In this document: in pieces, positions 38,890-40,799 of the stretch | Layout: the number at the start of each line of letters is the position of its first letter | Position numbering within the stretch: the stretch's first letter is position 1 | NCBI GenBank assembly: GCA_050014415.1 | Contig: JBEKDJ010000022.1 | Location: 1 to 40,799, forward strand | From: Thermodesulfobacteriota bacterium | Lineage (GTDB): Bacteria; Desulfobacterota; BSN033; UBA1163 | Direction: 5' to 3' | DNA: 40,799 bases | Made by a program: the position numbers and the translations under genes | The notes under the pieces: generated by a model | Told to the model about the DNA's origin: nothing | Databases searched by the model: none | What the model saw: only the letters and a program-made list of their open reading frames with translations

Positions 38890-39849
38890 TTGATTGACTT
38901 ATCCATTATTATTGTGAGTTGGAATTCGAAGGAATATCTTCTTCCTTGTATCGCCTCGATTTTTGAGACGACAAAGAGGATCCCTACGGAGGTTATTGTC
39001 ATAGACAATCATTCCAGTGACGGGAGCGGCCCAGAGGTGAAAAAGACATTTCCTGGGGTTCACCTCATTCTCAACGAGAAAAACTCTGGTTTTGCCAGGG
39101 CAACCAATCAGGGGCTAAAAGAGTCACAAGGAAGATATGTTCTTCTCCTCAATCCTGATACCCGGATGAAAGAAGGGGCTATTGAGAGATTACTCTCTTT
39201 CATGGAAACCCATTCAAAGGTTGGAGTCTCTGGCGGGCAACTCCTGAACAGGGATGGATCGAAACAGAACTCGATCGCCAATTTTCCATCCCTGGCCACA
39301 GAACTCCTTAATAAGAGTCTCCTGAGATGGATGTTCCCAAAGAAATTTCCAGGTAAGGAAAGGAATTCCCTCGAACCCATCGAGGTCGATTCGGTGATCG
39401 GCGCATGTATGATCGTAAGAAGAGACGCCATGGAGCGGGTCGGACTCTTGGATGAGGGTTATTTTCTCTTCTTAGAAGAGACCGATTGGTGTTATCGGAT
39501 GAAGAAGACTGGATGGAAGGTCTACCATCTCCCTCAAGCGGAGGCCTACCATTATCAAGGACAGAGTGCAGAGAGGGAAAAGAAAAAGGCAAAGGTGGAA
39601 TACTACCGATCTCGATACCATTTCTTCAAGAAAAATAGAGGAGAATTTCAATGGTCCATTCTCCTCATCGGATTAGTCTTGAGATTGGCGATTGAGTTAA
39701 TTTTTACTACTCTCATTTGCCTTTTTACATTCTTTAGCATTAATAAGTGGAGGAGGAAACTTTCAATCTTCGTATATCTGTTCTGGTGGCATATGAGACT
39801 ATGTCCTGAGGGAATGGGATTAAGAAATGGAATGGGCAATGGTCAATGA
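38890..39849 (+). CDS. Glycosyltransferase family 2 (WbbL/rhamnosyltransferase-like)
   Basis: LSIIIVSWN, DNHSSDG, LLLNPD, GACM, LDE-YFLFLEETD. Confidence 0.88.
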   Translation: MIDLSIIIVSWNSKEYLLPCIASIFETTKRIPTEVIVIDNHSSDGSGPEVKKTFPGVHLILNEKNSGFARATNQGLKESQGRYVLLLNPDTRMKEGAIERLLSFMETHSKVGVSGGQLLNRDGSKQNSIANFPSLATELLNKSLLRWMFPKKFPGKERNSLEPIEVDSVIGACMIVRRDAMERVGLLDEGYFLFLEETDWCYRMKKTGWKVYHLPQAEAYHYQGQSAEREKKKAKVEYYRSRYHFFKKNRGEFQWSILLIGLVLRLAIELIFTTLICLFTFFSINKWRRKLSIFVYLFWWHMRLCPEGMGLRNGMGNGQ

Positions 39850-39915
39850 TCAATACTCAATGATCATTTGAATTGCCCATTGATCATTGCAAACTGATCC
39901 TTATTAGGAGGTTCC

Positions 39916-40799
39916 ATGATCAACGTGGCCGTAGTGGGAGCAGGGGCATGGGGAAAGAATCATATTAGGGTATTTTCTGAAATTCCTAATGTCCGACTAA
40001 AATACATCTGCGATCAGGATTCTTCGAAACTACCCTCTCTGGAGAAAACCTATCCTCAATCGAAGATGGTGAAGGATCTGAGTCCCATTCTTCTTGATTC
40101 AGAAGTGAGAGGGGTCGTGGTCGCCTCTTCAGCCATCTCCCATTACTCTTTGTCAAAAGAGATCTTGTTAGCGGACAAAGATGTTTTGGTCGAGAAGCCG
40201 ATGGCCTTAAGCTCAAAGGATGCTGAAGAGATGCTCGAGATCGCAGAGAAAAGGAGAAGGGTCCTGATGGTTGGTCATCTCCTGATCTATCATTCTGTGG
40301 TGGATCGGCTGAAGGAGATGGTGACGTCCGGGGAATTGGGGAAGATCTACTACATTTACACGCAGCGGGTCAATCTCGGTGTGATTCGCCAGGATGAAAA
40401 CGCCCTTCTTTCCTTCGCTCCTCATGACCTTTCTGTCATCCTCTATCTCCTCGAAGAACAACCCATCGTCGTCTCATCCCACGGAGAAAGTTACATCCAG
40501 CAAGGGATTGAAGATGTTGTTTTTCTCAGCCTCCGGTTCTCTGATGGGAAGATGGCCAATATTCACCTCAGTTGGCTGGATCCCCATAAACTGCGGAGGA
40601 TTACCATCGTCGGTTCGAAGAAGATGGTTGTTTTCGATGATATGGAGGTTTCTGAGAAATTGAAGATATACGATAAAGGCGTGAGGAATCTCTCTTATGA
40701 TACTTATGGAGAATATTTGAGCCTGAGGTTTGGAGACATTACCATCCCGAGCATCAAGATGGTAGAGCCTCTTCGAGCGGAGGCAGAGCATTTTATTCA
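39916..40799 (+). CDS. Gfo/Idh/MocA-family oxidoreductase (partial, runs off the window)
   Basis: Absent from the ORF track; RBS AGGAGG then MINVAVVGAGAWGKNH, VEKPM, LMVGH, APHD, SWLDP-K. Confidence 0.88.
   Translation, partial: MINVAVVGAGAWGKNHIRVFSEIPNVRLKYICDQDSSKLPSLEKTYPQSKMVKDLSPILLDSEVRGVVVASSAISHYSLSKEILLADKDVLVEKPMALSSKDAEEMLEIAEKRRRVLMVGHLLIYHSVVDRLKEMVTSGELGKIYYIYTQRVNLGVIRQDENALLSFAPHDLSVILYLLEEQPIVVSSHGESYIQQGIEDVVFLSLRFSDGKMANIHLSWLDPHKLRRITIVGSKKMVVFDDMEVSEKLKIYDKGVRNLSYDTYGEYLSLRFGDITIPSIKMVEPLRAEAEHFI

Overview
A chromosomal segment of an anaerobic Gram-negative bacterium; gene content and repeat style suggest Desulfobacterota/Deltaproteobacteria (inference). Left part: radical SAM gene, FmdB-type zinc ribbon, gap-pgk-tpiA-secG-tRNA-Leu(GAG), a HAL2-type phosphatase with a split kinase pair, an SDR, a D,D-carboxypeptidase, and an exosortase H locus with a collapsed, frameshifted substrate. 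Middle: carAB with a leader terminator, hcp with an FNR/CRP-type box, and about 1.5 kb of non-coding DNA. That non-coding DNA holds a MITE, one or two candidate anti-Shine-Dalgarno sRNAs (one under 11-bp-periodic regulator boxes) and twin operators. Right part: a roughly 17 kb LPS/LOS core and decoration cluster that runs off the window end. The most novel-looking signals are non-coding: a family of small structured mobile elements with a compensatory base change, the candidate regulated sRNA and the carAB attenuator. The possibility that the carboxypeptidase is an exosortase substrate is also notable. All calls come from reading the sequence by eye; no database searches were run.
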